Below, piece by piece: positions 44,554-52,790 of a DNA stretch of 64,000 nt. This DNA comes from a virus (taxonomy: Duplodnaviria; Heunggongvirae; Uroviricota; Caudoviricetes): IMG/VR virus record IMGVR_UViG_3300025859_000003; one strand, given 5' to 3'. A program made the translations under genes and the position numbers. The notes beneath the pieces were generated by a model that worked only from the letters and a program-made list of their open reading frames with translations, ran no database searches and was not told where the DNA came from. The stretch's first letter is position 1. Each line of letters begins with the position of its first letter.

Positions 44554-45017
44554 TTCCCCTTTCCGAACTTCTTCTGAAGGCGGGCGAACTCCTTACGGTC
44601 AATCTCTTCCTGCCGTCGCTTTTCGGCTTCCTTCCGCTTGGCTCGGGAAATCCTACCTTTTTCTCGTCTGATCAGACGCTGGATTACCTGAGCGTCAGTC
44701 TCGTGGATTTTCCACTCGAAGATGACTCCCACTTCGGGGGTTCCTTCGTAATTGTAACTTGAGATTATGCACGCAACTGCGTTCTTGGGGATCTCAGGGT
44801 TCTTCTGGCGCAATACCTCTACCTCATCGTTGATGGCCTTCAGGTATGCCGTGAGAGTCATACGCTTAGAGGCGTAAGGGTTTGGAACAGCCACATGCAG
44901 TGTCCACTCATAGGATTGCCTCTTCAGCTGTCGGCGCTCCCTGTTTAGGTCAAAATTGGCGAGAATCCATTCGGCGTTGACGTCTTTTTCGTGCTTCGGT
45001 GCTCCTGATGTCATCAC
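44550..45017 (-). CDS. hypothetical protein
   Basis: 155 aa, basic C-terminus. Confidence 0.5.
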   Translation of the reverse strand: MMTSGAPKHEKDVNAEWILANFDLNRERRQLKRQSYEWTLHVAVPNPYASKRMTLTAYLKAINDEVEVLRQKNPEIPKNAVACIISSYNYEGTPEVGVIFEWKIHETDAQVIQRLIRREKGRISRAKRKEAEKRRQEEIDRKEFARLQKKFGKGK

Positions 45018-45541
45018 GAGTCTCCATCCATGAGGCTCTGAAGATTCAACGCACGTCGCATGACGAATCCTCGAACGGCGTCCGTGATCTCACCCCAGGC
45101 CTTCTCGGTGGCCGGTAGCCAGGTTCCCAGCTCACGAGCGAACGGGTACTTGACCCAACGGACCTCTTCAACGGTGTGGTGGTCCACGACGATCTCCTGG
45201 TCCGGGTCGATCATCGTGGCCAGGTAGAGCTGGACCGCGAACAGAGAGTCCAGGCGACCAATAACAACGCTGCAGATGTACTCCTGGATTTTGACGTCTA
45301 AGCCCACCTCTTCTTTGACCTCGCGGACAGCACAAGCGCGATACTCTTCGCTGGCTTCAACCTTCCCGCCGGGGAACTCCCATTCACCGGTCTTGAGCCG
45401 CTTCTGGCACAGAATCTCGTCCCTGTTCGGAGACACGATGATAGTAGAGGCGACCCAGACAAACTTGTCCGGGTTGCGGGGAACCTCGCGGTGGTAGGTG
45501 GCAATGACTTCGTGCGGGATGGTGCGTTTCTGTTCGGTCAT
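45014..45541 (-). CDS. Nudix hydrolase
   Basis: GEWEFPGGKVEASEEYRACAVREVKEEVGL = Nudix box G(x5)E(x7)REUxEExGU. Confidence 0.75.
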   Translation of the reverse strand: MTEQKRTIPHEVIATYHREVPRNPDKFVWVASTIIVSPNRDEILCQKRLKTGEWEFPGGKVEASEEYRACAVREVKEEVGLDVKIQEYICSVVIGRLDSLFAVQLYLATMIDPDQEIVVDHHTVEEVRWVKYPFARELGTWLPATEKAWGEITDAVRGFVMRRALNLQSLMDGDS

Positions 45542-45837
45542 GGTACCTGCTCCTCAAGTTTCTCAACGGTGTGTTCGAGCTGGCTCGTTCTTCGGGCTGC
45601 TCCCACCGCATCCTGGTAACTGGAGGCACCCATCATTTCGCGCATTTCGCGCTGCAGGTCTTTACGGCCTTGTGTTACGCCGGCGTCGAAGATGATCCTC
45701 AGGGCCGGGTGGAAGTAGTAGTTGTGGCATCCCTTACACAGGAAGGCCGGGCCCTGATCGGACTCCGTGAAGATCATCTTTCGGTGGGTCTTGCACTTAC
45801 GGCACTTGATGTTGATCTCGTACTTTTTCCACGGCAT
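45538..45837 (-). CDS. zinc-ribbon protein
   Basis: CRKCK...CKGCHNY. Confidence 0.5.
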   Translation of the reverse strand: MPWKKYEINIKCRKCKTHRKMIFTESDQGPAFLCKGCHNYYFHPALRIIFDAGVTQGRKDLQREMREMMGASSYQDAVGAARRTSQLEHTVEKLEEQVP

Positions 45838-46015
45838 TGCCGCCTCCTTTCCTCAACTGCTCGTTCTCCGCCTTCAGATCGGCGGCTCGCTTGGCGGCGG
45901 ACTCATACAAGTCCAGAACGATGTTGAGCTGACCTCTCCAGTACAGAGAGGCAAGTACGACCCCGAACAAGAAGAGGTTCAAGGCTATCGACCCCAACAT
46001 CAGCCATGCGTTCAT
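45797..46015 (-). CDS. small TM/coiled-coil protein
   Basis: Track ORF to 46201; start MNAWLMLGSIALNLFLFGVVLASLYW. Confidence 0.4.
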   Translation of the reverse strand: MNAWLMLGSIALNLFLFGVVLASLYWRGQLNIVLDLYESAAKRAADLKAENEQLRKGGGNAVEKVRDQHQVP

Positions 46016-46034
46016 AACAATCTCCTTGCCGTGG

Positions 46035-46790
46035 CTACTCCAATCGAGCCTTGGCTTCAAGCTTCTCGTCGCCGTCTGAAAGGCTCCCGCTCTTGATCCC
46101 CGCGGAAGATAGGGTGTCGATCCCGATGTACCGGTACTTGTCCTCTTCGTTAGGCTCGGTGAAAGTCTTTTCCAGCTCCCCAGAACCAACCATCGTGTCA
46201 AGTACGAAGGCTATGAAGCCGTTTTCAGGATCAGACCACTCACCCCTCATCTTGTTCTTGCCATCTGACGGATCCTTGAAGAAGATCCCGTTCTTTCGGT
46301 AACGGGCACAGATCGCCCTAACTTCATCGCGTTTGACTTTGCCTTTCAAAGCCTCAGCGATTTTGTTTGAGTTAGTGCTTTGAACTCGGGCCATGGCTAC
46401 GAGCAAAACAGCGGCAGCATTCCACCCTGGAGTTCCGGGTTCAAAATCCGAAGCCATAACTTCCAGGAGTCCATCCAAGGTACCCAGCTTCGTTTCTACC
46501 TCGACGGACTTGATGAAGTTTTCCAGCGCAAGCCGGATGAGGCTTTTATATGCAGCCAAACTGGAAGGCTTCAGAGGGTTTTTACGAATCGTATTGCACC
46601 GCTGAACCAGGTCGTCAAGGTCGATAGTTCGGACATCCGCGGCCTCTTCAATTGTCATGACAGCAAGTGATTTTTTGACCGCATTCAATCGATTACGCCA
46701 TCGCTCCATGTCGGAATAGTACTTCTGCGCCTTGACCATCTCCTCGCAGTTATCCAGTAGACGGGCAACGCTGAAATCAAATTTCTTCAT
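46035..46790 (-). CDS. hypothetical protein
   Basis: 251 aa. Confidence 0.55.
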   Translation of the reverse strand: MKKFDFSVARLLDNCEEMVKAQKYYSDMERWRNRLNAVKKSLAVMTIEEAADVRTIDLDDLVQRCNTIRKNPLKPSSLAAYKSLIRLALENFIKSVEVETKLGTLDGLLEVMASDFEPGTPGWNAAAVLLVAMARVQSTNSNKIAEALKGKVKRDEVRAICARYRKNGIFFKDPSDGKNKMRGEWSDPENGFIAFVLDTMVGSGELEKTFTEPNEEDKYRYIGIDTLSSAGIKSGSLSDGDEKLEAKARLE

Positions 46791-46837
46791 GACGTAAACC
46801 CTTTCTTACTACCTTAGGCCAGCTAAGCTAAAAGAAA

Positions 46838-46858
46838 TGGCCGCAGAGTCTGCAGCCA
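46838..46858. repeat. 21-bp palindrome copy
   Basis: TGGCCGCAGAGTCTGCAGCCA. Confidence 0.7.
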
Positions 46859-46865
46859 TCTCCTT

Positions 46866-47315
46866 CTATCCAACCTTTCGGTAGGTCTTCCTTCTGGCGG
46901 CACCGTAGACCGTAAAGTAGCTCAAGTTGAGCCGGCGGGCGATGATGCTTATCGGGAACTCTTGATCAGCCATACGTCGGATCTCGGTAACGACCAGGTC
47001 CGGAAGGCGATCACCGGTTTGAAGCCGACTAACTGCTGCCCGCACCTCGTCAGGTATGGGTTCAACCTGAGCTCTCTTCCAGGCCTTCCTCACCCGACGA
47101 AGACGGTTGTGCTCTTTGTCTACCTTATCCCAATCAGGACAAATGAAATGTCCGGGAGTGTCGTCGTTCACCCAAGCCCAGCATTTTCTGTGGGCAATCC
47201 TCCAGGCATGAACCAACGATATGCCGTAGTCCAAAGCAATAGTCAGGGAAGACTCCGACCCAAACCGTTTACGGATGTCCCGAACGCCGTCGGCGTTCAG
47301 TGGCTTAGTCGTCAT
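46866..47315 (-). CDS. protein with N- and C-terminal HTH-like segments
   Basis: LTIALDYGISLVHAWRIAHRK and ISIIARRLNLSYFTVYGAARRK. Confidence 0.45.
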   Translation of the reverse strand: MTTKPLNADGVRDIRKRFGSESSLTIALDYGISLVHAWRIAHRKCWAWVNDDTPGHFICPDWDKVDKEHNRLRRVRKAWKRAQVEPIPDEVRAAVSRLQTGDRLPDLVVTEIRRMADQEFPISIIARRLNLSYFTVYGAARRKTYRKVG

Positions 47316-47324
47316 TGCTCCTCT

Positions 47325-47738
47325 TTATTTTGGTTGCCCGGTACCGTAGTTCCGGATGCGTTCAGCCTCCATGTGTTCCCACATGTTGGCCGGCGGAGCC
47401 TGAACCTCGTCGGTGAGCCCTTCGGTGTCCAGGCGTACGTACGAGAAGTTGTAGCTCTTCAGTGACCGCATCAACGCGATGAACTGGTCGCTGTACTCGC
47501 TCTTCTTTGCGTATTCGATCATCTCCTTGAACTCGGCATCTTCGCTCTGCAGCGCAATCAGATAGCCGTATTCAAATTTGGCGACGATCTGGATCAGGCT
47601 GTCGGGGCTCTCATGCTCCCACTCAAGCCTGATTAGATCCTTGTCCGTCAGGACGGACGTGTTGACGTCCGCGACGGCGAAGTACTTGTACACTCGTCTT
47701 CCTCCTCTTCGTGGTGGTATCTGGAGATGCGGAGACAC
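47325..47738 (-). CDS. hypothetical protein
   Basis: 137-aa ORF; true start uncertain (overlaps upstream gene by up to 90 nt). Confidence 0.4.
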   Translation of the reverse strand: MSPHLQIPPRRGGRRVYKYFAVADVNTSVLTDKDLIRLEWEHESPDSLIQIVAKFEYGYLIALQSEDAEFKEMIEYAKKSEYSDQFIALMRSLKSYNFSYVRLDTEGLTDEVQAPPANMWEHMEAERIRNYGTGQPK

Positions 47739-47920
47739 TTGGCAAAGTCGATCTTTTCCTCCTTGCAGAAGTGTCTGAGGTCGGTCAGGAAGTCTATGAC
47801 ATAGGTGTCCTCCATAGGAGAACCGTCCCAGGAGACTTCATTTTTGAACTTGACGATGTACCCGCGGGCCCGGTCAGCAAACTCCTTCGGCCCATACACT
47901 TTCGGCTTCTTCTTGGTCAT
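47648..47920 (-). CDS. hypothetical protein
   Basis: Track ORF to 47989; start MTKKKPKV. Confidence 0.4.
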   Translation of the reverse strand: MTKKKPKVYGPKEFADRARGYIVKFKNEVSWDGSPMEDTYVIDFLTDLRHFCKEEKIDFAKCLRISRYHHEEEEDECTSTSPSRTSTRPS

Positions 47921-48342
47921 GATGTGGATGCCTTCTTCTTCTTGAGCTTGGCCGCTTCCTTGTCGATGAAAGCGTAGGGAACGCACCACTTCTGACTCTT
48001 CGCGGTGATGAATACCCCGCCTCCGCTGAACTCATCGAGACGCATCTTCGAGCAGGTATTTGACCAGGTAAAACTGATGTACTCATCGGGGCGGTGCTCT
48101 TTCAGGAAGGCCTGAAGAAGGCAAGCCAGGTTATCGACCATGAAGCCTTCCTCGGCATAGATCCACAGATCCTCATAGCCTTCCTTCTGTTCGAACTCGT
48201 AACTGACCCCGATGTATTCGTCGAAGTTGTCCTCTTCGTCCGCCTTACGTTGACCCTCTTCGAAGGCATCCTTCAGCCAGGCGGACTCGACCGGGTTCAG
48301 CTTCGTCAACATGAAACTGGTCTGGGTGTAGTTATTCGCCAT
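47917..48342 (-). CDS. hypothetical acidic protein
   Basis: 141 aa. Confidence 0.5.
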   Translation of the reverse strand: MANNYTQTSFMLTKLNPVESAWLKDAFEEGQRKADEEDNFDEYIGVSYEFEQKEGYEDLWIYAEEGFMVDNLACLLQAFLKEHRPDEYISFTWSNTCSKMRLDEFSGGGVFITAKSQKWCVPYAFIDKEAAKLKKKKASTS

Positions 48343-49015
48343 CCTCGACCTCCGTTGACACGGTCAGCACCACCGGAGGATTCGTCGGTTGATATTCCTC
48401 GGTGCAGGTTGAGACGTTGTAGAAGGACGTCACCTCATCTTTAGGTTTGGCAACACCGTAGCTGCCGTGGATGTGGCCAAACACGTGAATCAGAGGCTTC
48501 ACCCGTTGAACTGCTTTCAGCAGCTCTTCGCAGCCAGCTGTTGTTCCTGGGTTGTCAGGATGGGGTTCCACCTTGTCGAGGATACCGATCGGCGGCCCGT
48601 GGGTGATCAGCACATCTGTATCGTCGGGGATCAGATCCCAATGCTTCTTGATCCCCAGCCCCCTCGGACGCATGAAGTACCAGTTCAGGAACTTGGGAGT
48701 CCAAGGCGAGCCCCAGAACTTCACGCCCTCGATCTCGACTCCTGTGTCTTCGAGGTACGTGATTTCCGGGTACTTCTTGAGTTCGGCATGGCACAGGTCC
48801 ATGTCGAACACCAAACAGCGATCATGATTGCCAGCGATGAGCAGCTTGTGCTTGTGAGGCTGGGAGCCAAACCACTTCAGGAAGTTACGGAACTCCCAGA
48901 AATGACCGTGGCCGCAGCTGTCGCCGCAATGGATCAGGACGTCCCCGTTGGGGACGGAAATCTGCTTCTCTCGGGTGTGCGTGTCAGAGATCAGCACCAA
49001 GGTTAGATTGCCCAT
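48332..49015 (-). CDS. calcineurin-like metallophosphoesterase
   Basis: VLISDTH, HCGD, GNHD, THGPP, GHIHG motif series. Confidence 0.75.
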   Translation of the reverse strand: MGNLTLVLISDTHTREKQISVPNGDVLIHCGDSCGHGHFWEFRNFLKWFGSQPHKHKLLIAGNHDRCLVFDMDLCHAELKKYPEITYLEDTGVEIEGVKFWGSPWTPKFLNWYFMRPRGLGIKKHWDLIPDDTDVLITHGPPIGILDKVEPHPDNPGTTAGCEELLKAVQRVKPLIHVFGHIHGSYGVAKPKDEVTSFYNVSTCTEEYQPTNPPVVLTVSTEVEDGE

Positions 49016-49413
49016 CCCTCACCCTTCTCCAGGGTTTCCTGGATCTTGCCCAGGAGCTCCATGAGCGTGTCCGCCGAGTTGGCTGCGTCGGCAACCTCGT
49101 GGTCCTTGATGACGCTGCGGCGGCCGAACCAGGTGAGGGCCACCTCAAAACGATCGGCCTCGGTTTCCAGCTGCTTCTTGTGGATCTTGGTGAGCTTGTC
49201 TGTCCAGATGGTCTTCCACTCAAGGTTCTGGTCAGCAAGCGCATTCTGCAGGCGCTTGATGACGGCCTTGAAGGTGTCTCGAAGTTCAAGCTTGGCCTTG
49301 GCCTTCAAGAACGGACAGCTGTACTGTCCAAGCTTTGCCAGGAAGAACTCAAGGCCGGCGAGGTAGTCGACCAGGGTCTTGCGTATGTTTCCAGGTACCT
49401 TTCCTTGTTTCAT
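49003..49413 (-). CDS. hypothetical protein
   Basis: 136 aa. Confidence 0.5.
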   Translation of the reverse strand: MKQGKVPGNIRKTLVDYLAGLEFFLAKLGQYSCPFLKAKAKLELRDTFKAVIKRLQNALADQNLEWKTIWTDKLTKIHKKQLETEADRFEVALTWFGRRSVIKDHEVADAANSADTLMELLGKIQETLEKGEGWAI

Positions 49414-49436
49414 CTTCGTAGTCCTAATTGAAAAGG

Positions 49437-49476
49437 CCGGCCCCCGAAGGAGCCGGCCAGCTTTTGAAAGTCCTCA
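49437..49476. terminator. intrinsic terminator (GGCCGGC-loop-GCCGGCC) with flanking A/T tracts
   Basis: stem-loop immediately past stop of 49485..gene on minus strand. Confidence 0.55.
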
Positions 49477-49484
49477 GGTTCTGC

Positions 49485-49868
49485 CTACCCGAGGTACGAA
49501 CTGTTGCTGAGCTTGGTGGCCTCGTAGCCGCTCTTCCAGTCCCAGTCGTCGAGAACGATCTGGGTGAAGACCTCCTGGGAGAGCTCGATCTGGGTGTCGG
49601 ACGTCAACGACAGCATCTCGATGATGCGGTCGTAGTGACGGGTCTGGTCGACCGGACGGCTCAGGTTCTTCAGCACGTGAGCGTGGTTGACATCCTTGCC
49701 GCTGTCGAGCATGTCGAGCACCTGACGACAGGCCGCGGCCGTCGCCTGGCGGTACTCCTTCATGGCGACCTTGAAATCCGCGGCGTGCTTGTCGCGGTTT
49801 GATTTCAGCTTTTCGAGGAGCTGGTCTTTCGGGTACTTCATGTCAGGTATTCCACGCATCTGTAACAT
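49485..49868 (-). CDS. hypothetical protein
   Basis: Track ORF to 50021; ATG 49868 preceded by GAAGGAGAAAGG. Confidence 0.45.
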   Translation of the reverse strand: MLQMRGIPDMKYPKDQLLEKLKSNRDKHAADFKVAMKEYRQATAAACRQVLDMLDSGKDVNHAHVLKNLSRPVDQTRHYDRIIEMLSLTSDTQIELSQEVFTQIVLDDWDWKSGYEATKLSNSSYLG

Positions 49869-49884
49869 CCTTTCTCCTTCGTCG

Positions 49885-50100
49885 TTAGATGAATTCTTTG
49901 GACGGATCGATCCCCAGCTCCTCAAGACGCTTGAGGAGCCTCTCAGCGGACAACCCGGTAAACATGCTCGAATCCTCGCTGATGACGGAGTATATGTCCA
50001 GGTCCCCGTTCTTGTGGACATCCAGGAACCATCCTAGTGCGTGGTCTTTGCCCCACAGCACGTGCCGCCCATCAGCGAGCTTCTCATGATGCTGGCTCAT
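49885..50100 (-). CDS. small hypothetical protein
   Basis: Track ORF to 50142; start MSQHHEK. Confidence 0.4.
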   Translation of the reverse strand: MSQHHEKLADGRHVLWGKDHALGWFLDVHKNGDLDIYSVISEDSSMFTGLSAERLLKRLEELGIDPSKEFI

Positions 50101-50102
50101 CA

Positions 50103-50603
50103 CTACTCCTCCGGTTCGGGTAAGCCAACACTGGCGTCCCACCGATTCGTGTGCTTCAGAAACTTGACAGCCAGAGCGTACATGGCTGCAGCCTGCGGTC
50201 CCTGGAACGGAGTGCTCATCGGCAGCCCATGTACGGAGTTACGGTGCTTCAACGCACACACCGGACATGACGCGTACGTCCCTTCTGTAGACACCGACTG
50301 GGCGATTAGTGCCAACGGGAAGTCGATCTTACAGATCTTACACTTTTCCAGGTCCTCTGGAGCAAGCGTGTCGAACTGTTCTTCCAGCCCCGGAAAGTTG
50401 TGTTCAAAATACAGGTAGGTCCCGTCTTCTTGTTGAATGCGGACCTTGCCCAGGTATTCCAGTTCTTCGTCAGCCTCCGAATCGAAAGGAATCCCTATCT
50501 CGGAGAGCTCATGAAGCGGGATCCAGATGAACACATCCTCGTGGCCCTTGGGAGCCGCGTACATCAGCTCGATGTTCTTGGCCTTCGTATATTTTTCAGC
50601 CAC
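50103..50603 (-). CDS. hypothetical protein
   Basis: 166 aa. Confidence 0.5.
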   Translation of the reverse strand: MAEKYTKAKNIELMYAAPKGHEDVFIWIPLHELSEIGIPFDSEADEELEYLGKVRIQQEDGTYLYFEHNFPGLEEQFDTLAPEDLEKCKICKIDFPLALIAQSVSTEGTYASCPVCALKHRNSVHGLPMSTPFQGPQAAAMYALAVKFLKHTNRWDASVGLPEPEE

Positions 50604-50619
50604 TCACCCCCCTTTCATG

Positions 50620-50656
50620 TAAATAAAGAAGAGGGGCTTTCGCCCCCGCTTCTTCT
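50620..50656 (-). terminator. intrinsic terminator
   Basis: AGAAGCGGGGGCGAAAGCCCCTCTTCT + TTATTTA on minus strand. Confidence 0.55.
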
Positions 50657-50672
50657 CGGCAACGCAGGACCT

Positions 50673-51140
50673 TTAGGTGGTCTGGGGTGTAGACCGGGCC
50701 CTGCTCTGGTATTCCCCAGCGCCTGTCCCCTCTTTCGGAAGGACGTTCATGGTGACCTCCTTCTGCTTAGGCGCCAGCAGCCTCTCTGCGAGGCCGCTAA
50801 TGAGTGTGTTGAACCGAACAACCTTGAACTTCTCCCTGATCGCCAACTTGATCAGGTAGACGGCGTCCGCCGCCAGGTCTTTGTCCCGTTCGAGGTTCTC
50901 GTACAGGACCATGGCGTCCGCCGACTTGAGAATCGGTGGAAGAACCTCTTCAACGAACAGTTCCAGGAACTCTGGATCTGATCGGTTGCAATCGTGAAGC
51001 CACTTCAGCCAGCAGCTGAAGTTTTCGAAGTCCTCGTCGTCGAGGACTCCTGATTCCTTGACGATCCTGAGGACCGTCATCGCGCCAACGGATAACCCCT
51101 TATCCGTTAACGACTTACCAGTGCCGAGTATACCTTGCAT
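50673..51140 (-). CDS. hypothetical protein
   Basis: 155 aa. Confidence 0.5.
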   Translation of the reverse strand: MQGILGTGKSLTDKGLSVGAMTVLRIVKESGVLDDEDFENFSCWLKWLHDCNRSDPEFLELFVEEVLPPILKSADAMVLYENLERDKDLAADAVYLIKLAIREKFKVVRFNTLISGLAERLLAPKQKEVTMNVLPKEGTGAGEYQSRARSTPQTT

Positions 51141-51188
51141 TGCTTCACCCCTTTCCGGTGAAAGGCCTATAGATTCCCTTTCACCTCC

Positions 51189-51803
51189 TTAGGCCGGATC
51201 GATCGGGGTTTTTGGGTCACCGCCTCCCATCAGTTGCAGGTTACCGTGAATTTTCATCCAGACGGGAAAGCGCATCTCCCAAAGTTTGAGGGCGAAGACT
51301 TCCCTGGCGCGGTACCGGTCAGACATCTTGTCGGTCAGCCGCGACGACCTCCAAGGCGGACAGATCCGTTTCTTTTCTGACAGCTTCGGTTCAGCCCTGG
51401 AGTTCCTGACCGCCCATGCCAAGGCGTTCTCGGTGCCTCGGATCATGTGAAGCAGGTTGGCCATTTTGGCTACTACCCAGTACAGATGAATCGCCTTCTC
51501 GATGCTTTCGCGGAGTTCACCCTGTATGGGTATCCCGCCGTTCAGGATACTCTGGAGTACCGTCTTACGGTGAACCACCTTGGCGGAGAGCTTGGCGAGG
51601 CCAACCGCACAGCGTGCACGATCTGAGGCGGAACAGCCGTGGTCTCCGATGGCCAACAAAAGGCTAAGTCCCTGCGCCTCGGCAAAGCCGGCGCGGCGGT
51701 ACTCAACCTCAGGAGCGATATTCATCACCGGCAACGAGATGTTGACGTGGTCCAGGAAATCGTCGAACGGGATCCATGGTTTATCTACGGTCATCGCTGA
51801 CAT
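51189..51803 (-). CDS. hypothetical protein
   Basis: Track ORF to 52022; ATG 51803 preceded by AGAAAGGA; first gene of minus block at divergent junction. Confidence 0.5.
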   Translation of the reverse strand: MSAMTVDKPWIPFDDFLDHVNISLPVMNIAPEVEYRRAGFAEAQGLSLLLAIGDHGCSASDRARCAVGLAKLSAKVVHRKTVLQSILNGGIPIQGELRESIEKAIHLYWVVAKMANLLHMIRGTENALAWAVRNSRAEPKLSEKKRICPPWRSSRLTDKMSDRYRAREVFALKLWEMRFPVWMKIHGNLQLMGGGDPKTPIDPA

Positions 51804-51830
51804 CGTGTCCTTTCTGGTTGTGGTCGCAGA

Positions 51831-51851
51831 CTCTGCGGCCATACTGTTTAC
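51831..51851. repeat. 21-bp palindrome copy (degenerate) in divergent junction
   Basis: TGGTCGCAGACTCTGCGGCCA. Confidence 0.6.
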
Positions 51852-52172
51852 ATGAGCACTGACAAAGAGGCCCGGCACGCTCACGACCGTATGGAGGAAC
51901 GAACTCCGTACGCACGTTCTCTTGTGGAGCTTCTGGAGTCCCGAGTAAAGAAGAGGTACCCTGAGCTGCCTCACGGGGAGTATTTTGTCCCCCTGCAGGA
52001 TCGAGGCAAGAGCGATGTGCAAGGTTACGGGGTTTTCAGGACCTTTGGAAAGCGAGAGAAGACCAGGCCGACTCTGGTGACAATCCTTAGCAGTCGTATG
52101 AAGCCCAAGGGCCAGCAGCTTCCACCCAGCTTGGGTAAGGTTCCCGGCAAGTACAAGGCCTCAAAATCTTAG
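51852..52172 (+). CDS. hypothetical basic protein
   Basis: 106 aa. Confidence 0.45.
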   Translation: MSTDKEARHAHDRMEERTPYARSLVELLESRVKKRYPELPHGEYFVPLQDRGKSDVQGYGVFRTFGKREKTRPTLVTILSSRMKPKGQQLPPSLGKVPGKYKASKS

Positions 52173-52218
52173 GCCACTCCTCGGGCTATAATGTACTTGG
52201 TTCCAGAGGCGGTTTTGG

Positions 52219-52779
52219 ATGGCTGATCCAGCCTACATCTTGGCGCGTGGCAGGAATGTAGCCAGAGAAGCGCTTCTGGCCGAGATCATCGTAGCCAAGC
52301 TCGATTCTCTCGCCGAGCTCAGCACTCTTGAATACACGACCCTCCTCAACGACTTTCAGCGGATTGGTCTGTTTGCCCCTCCTTACGAGGAGGCAGCCAT
52401 GCAACGTCTTTCATTACTGCAGCTTGAGTACATGATGGCGCTGTGTGACATCCGCCTTGAACAGACCGTTCCTGGGACATCTTATTACGGCCTGATTCGA
52501 GACGGAACTGCGCCCACCGGAGGCAATCCGTACTACGCTGAGATAGGGGAGTTGATCCTGGCTGACGGAACAGCGCCCTGGACGGTGATACTACCGGACC
52601 CCACTGTACTTGCTCACGAGAGGTGCGTGGTGAACGTGAAGATGGTGATAGGAACAGGTCCTATCACTGTAGTTTCCGACGGCGGATGGCCGATCGACAG
52701 CAAGCCTTCGATCACCCTGCCGTTGTTGAACATAACGAAGACTTTCCACGTCGTCGACGGTGAGTACAAGATCCTGTAA
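52219..52779 (+). CDS. hypothetical (virion-associated?) protein
   Basis: 186 aa, first of late plus-strand structural block. Confidence 0.45.
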   Translation: MADPAYILARGRNVAREALLAEIIVAKLDSLAELSTLEYTTLLNDFQRIGLFAPPYEEAAMQRLSLLQLEYMMALCDIRLEQTVPGTSYYGLIRDGTAPTGGNPYYAEIGELILADGTAPWTVILPDPTVLAHERCVVNVKMVIGTGPITVVSDGGWPIDSKPSITLPLLNITKTFHVVDGEYKIL

Positions 52780-52790
52780 GTGGGTGAACT

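Noticed and set aside
48467-49006. 179-aa plus-strand ORF
   Set aside because: Antisense to the metallophosphoesterase gene, whose motif series defines the coding strand.
6295-51851. Possible CRISPR array formed by the repeated 21-bp palindromes
   Set aside because: Copies are 1-7 kb apart and separated by protein-coding genes, not short uniform spacers; they are dispersed regulatory or structural repeats rather than an array.
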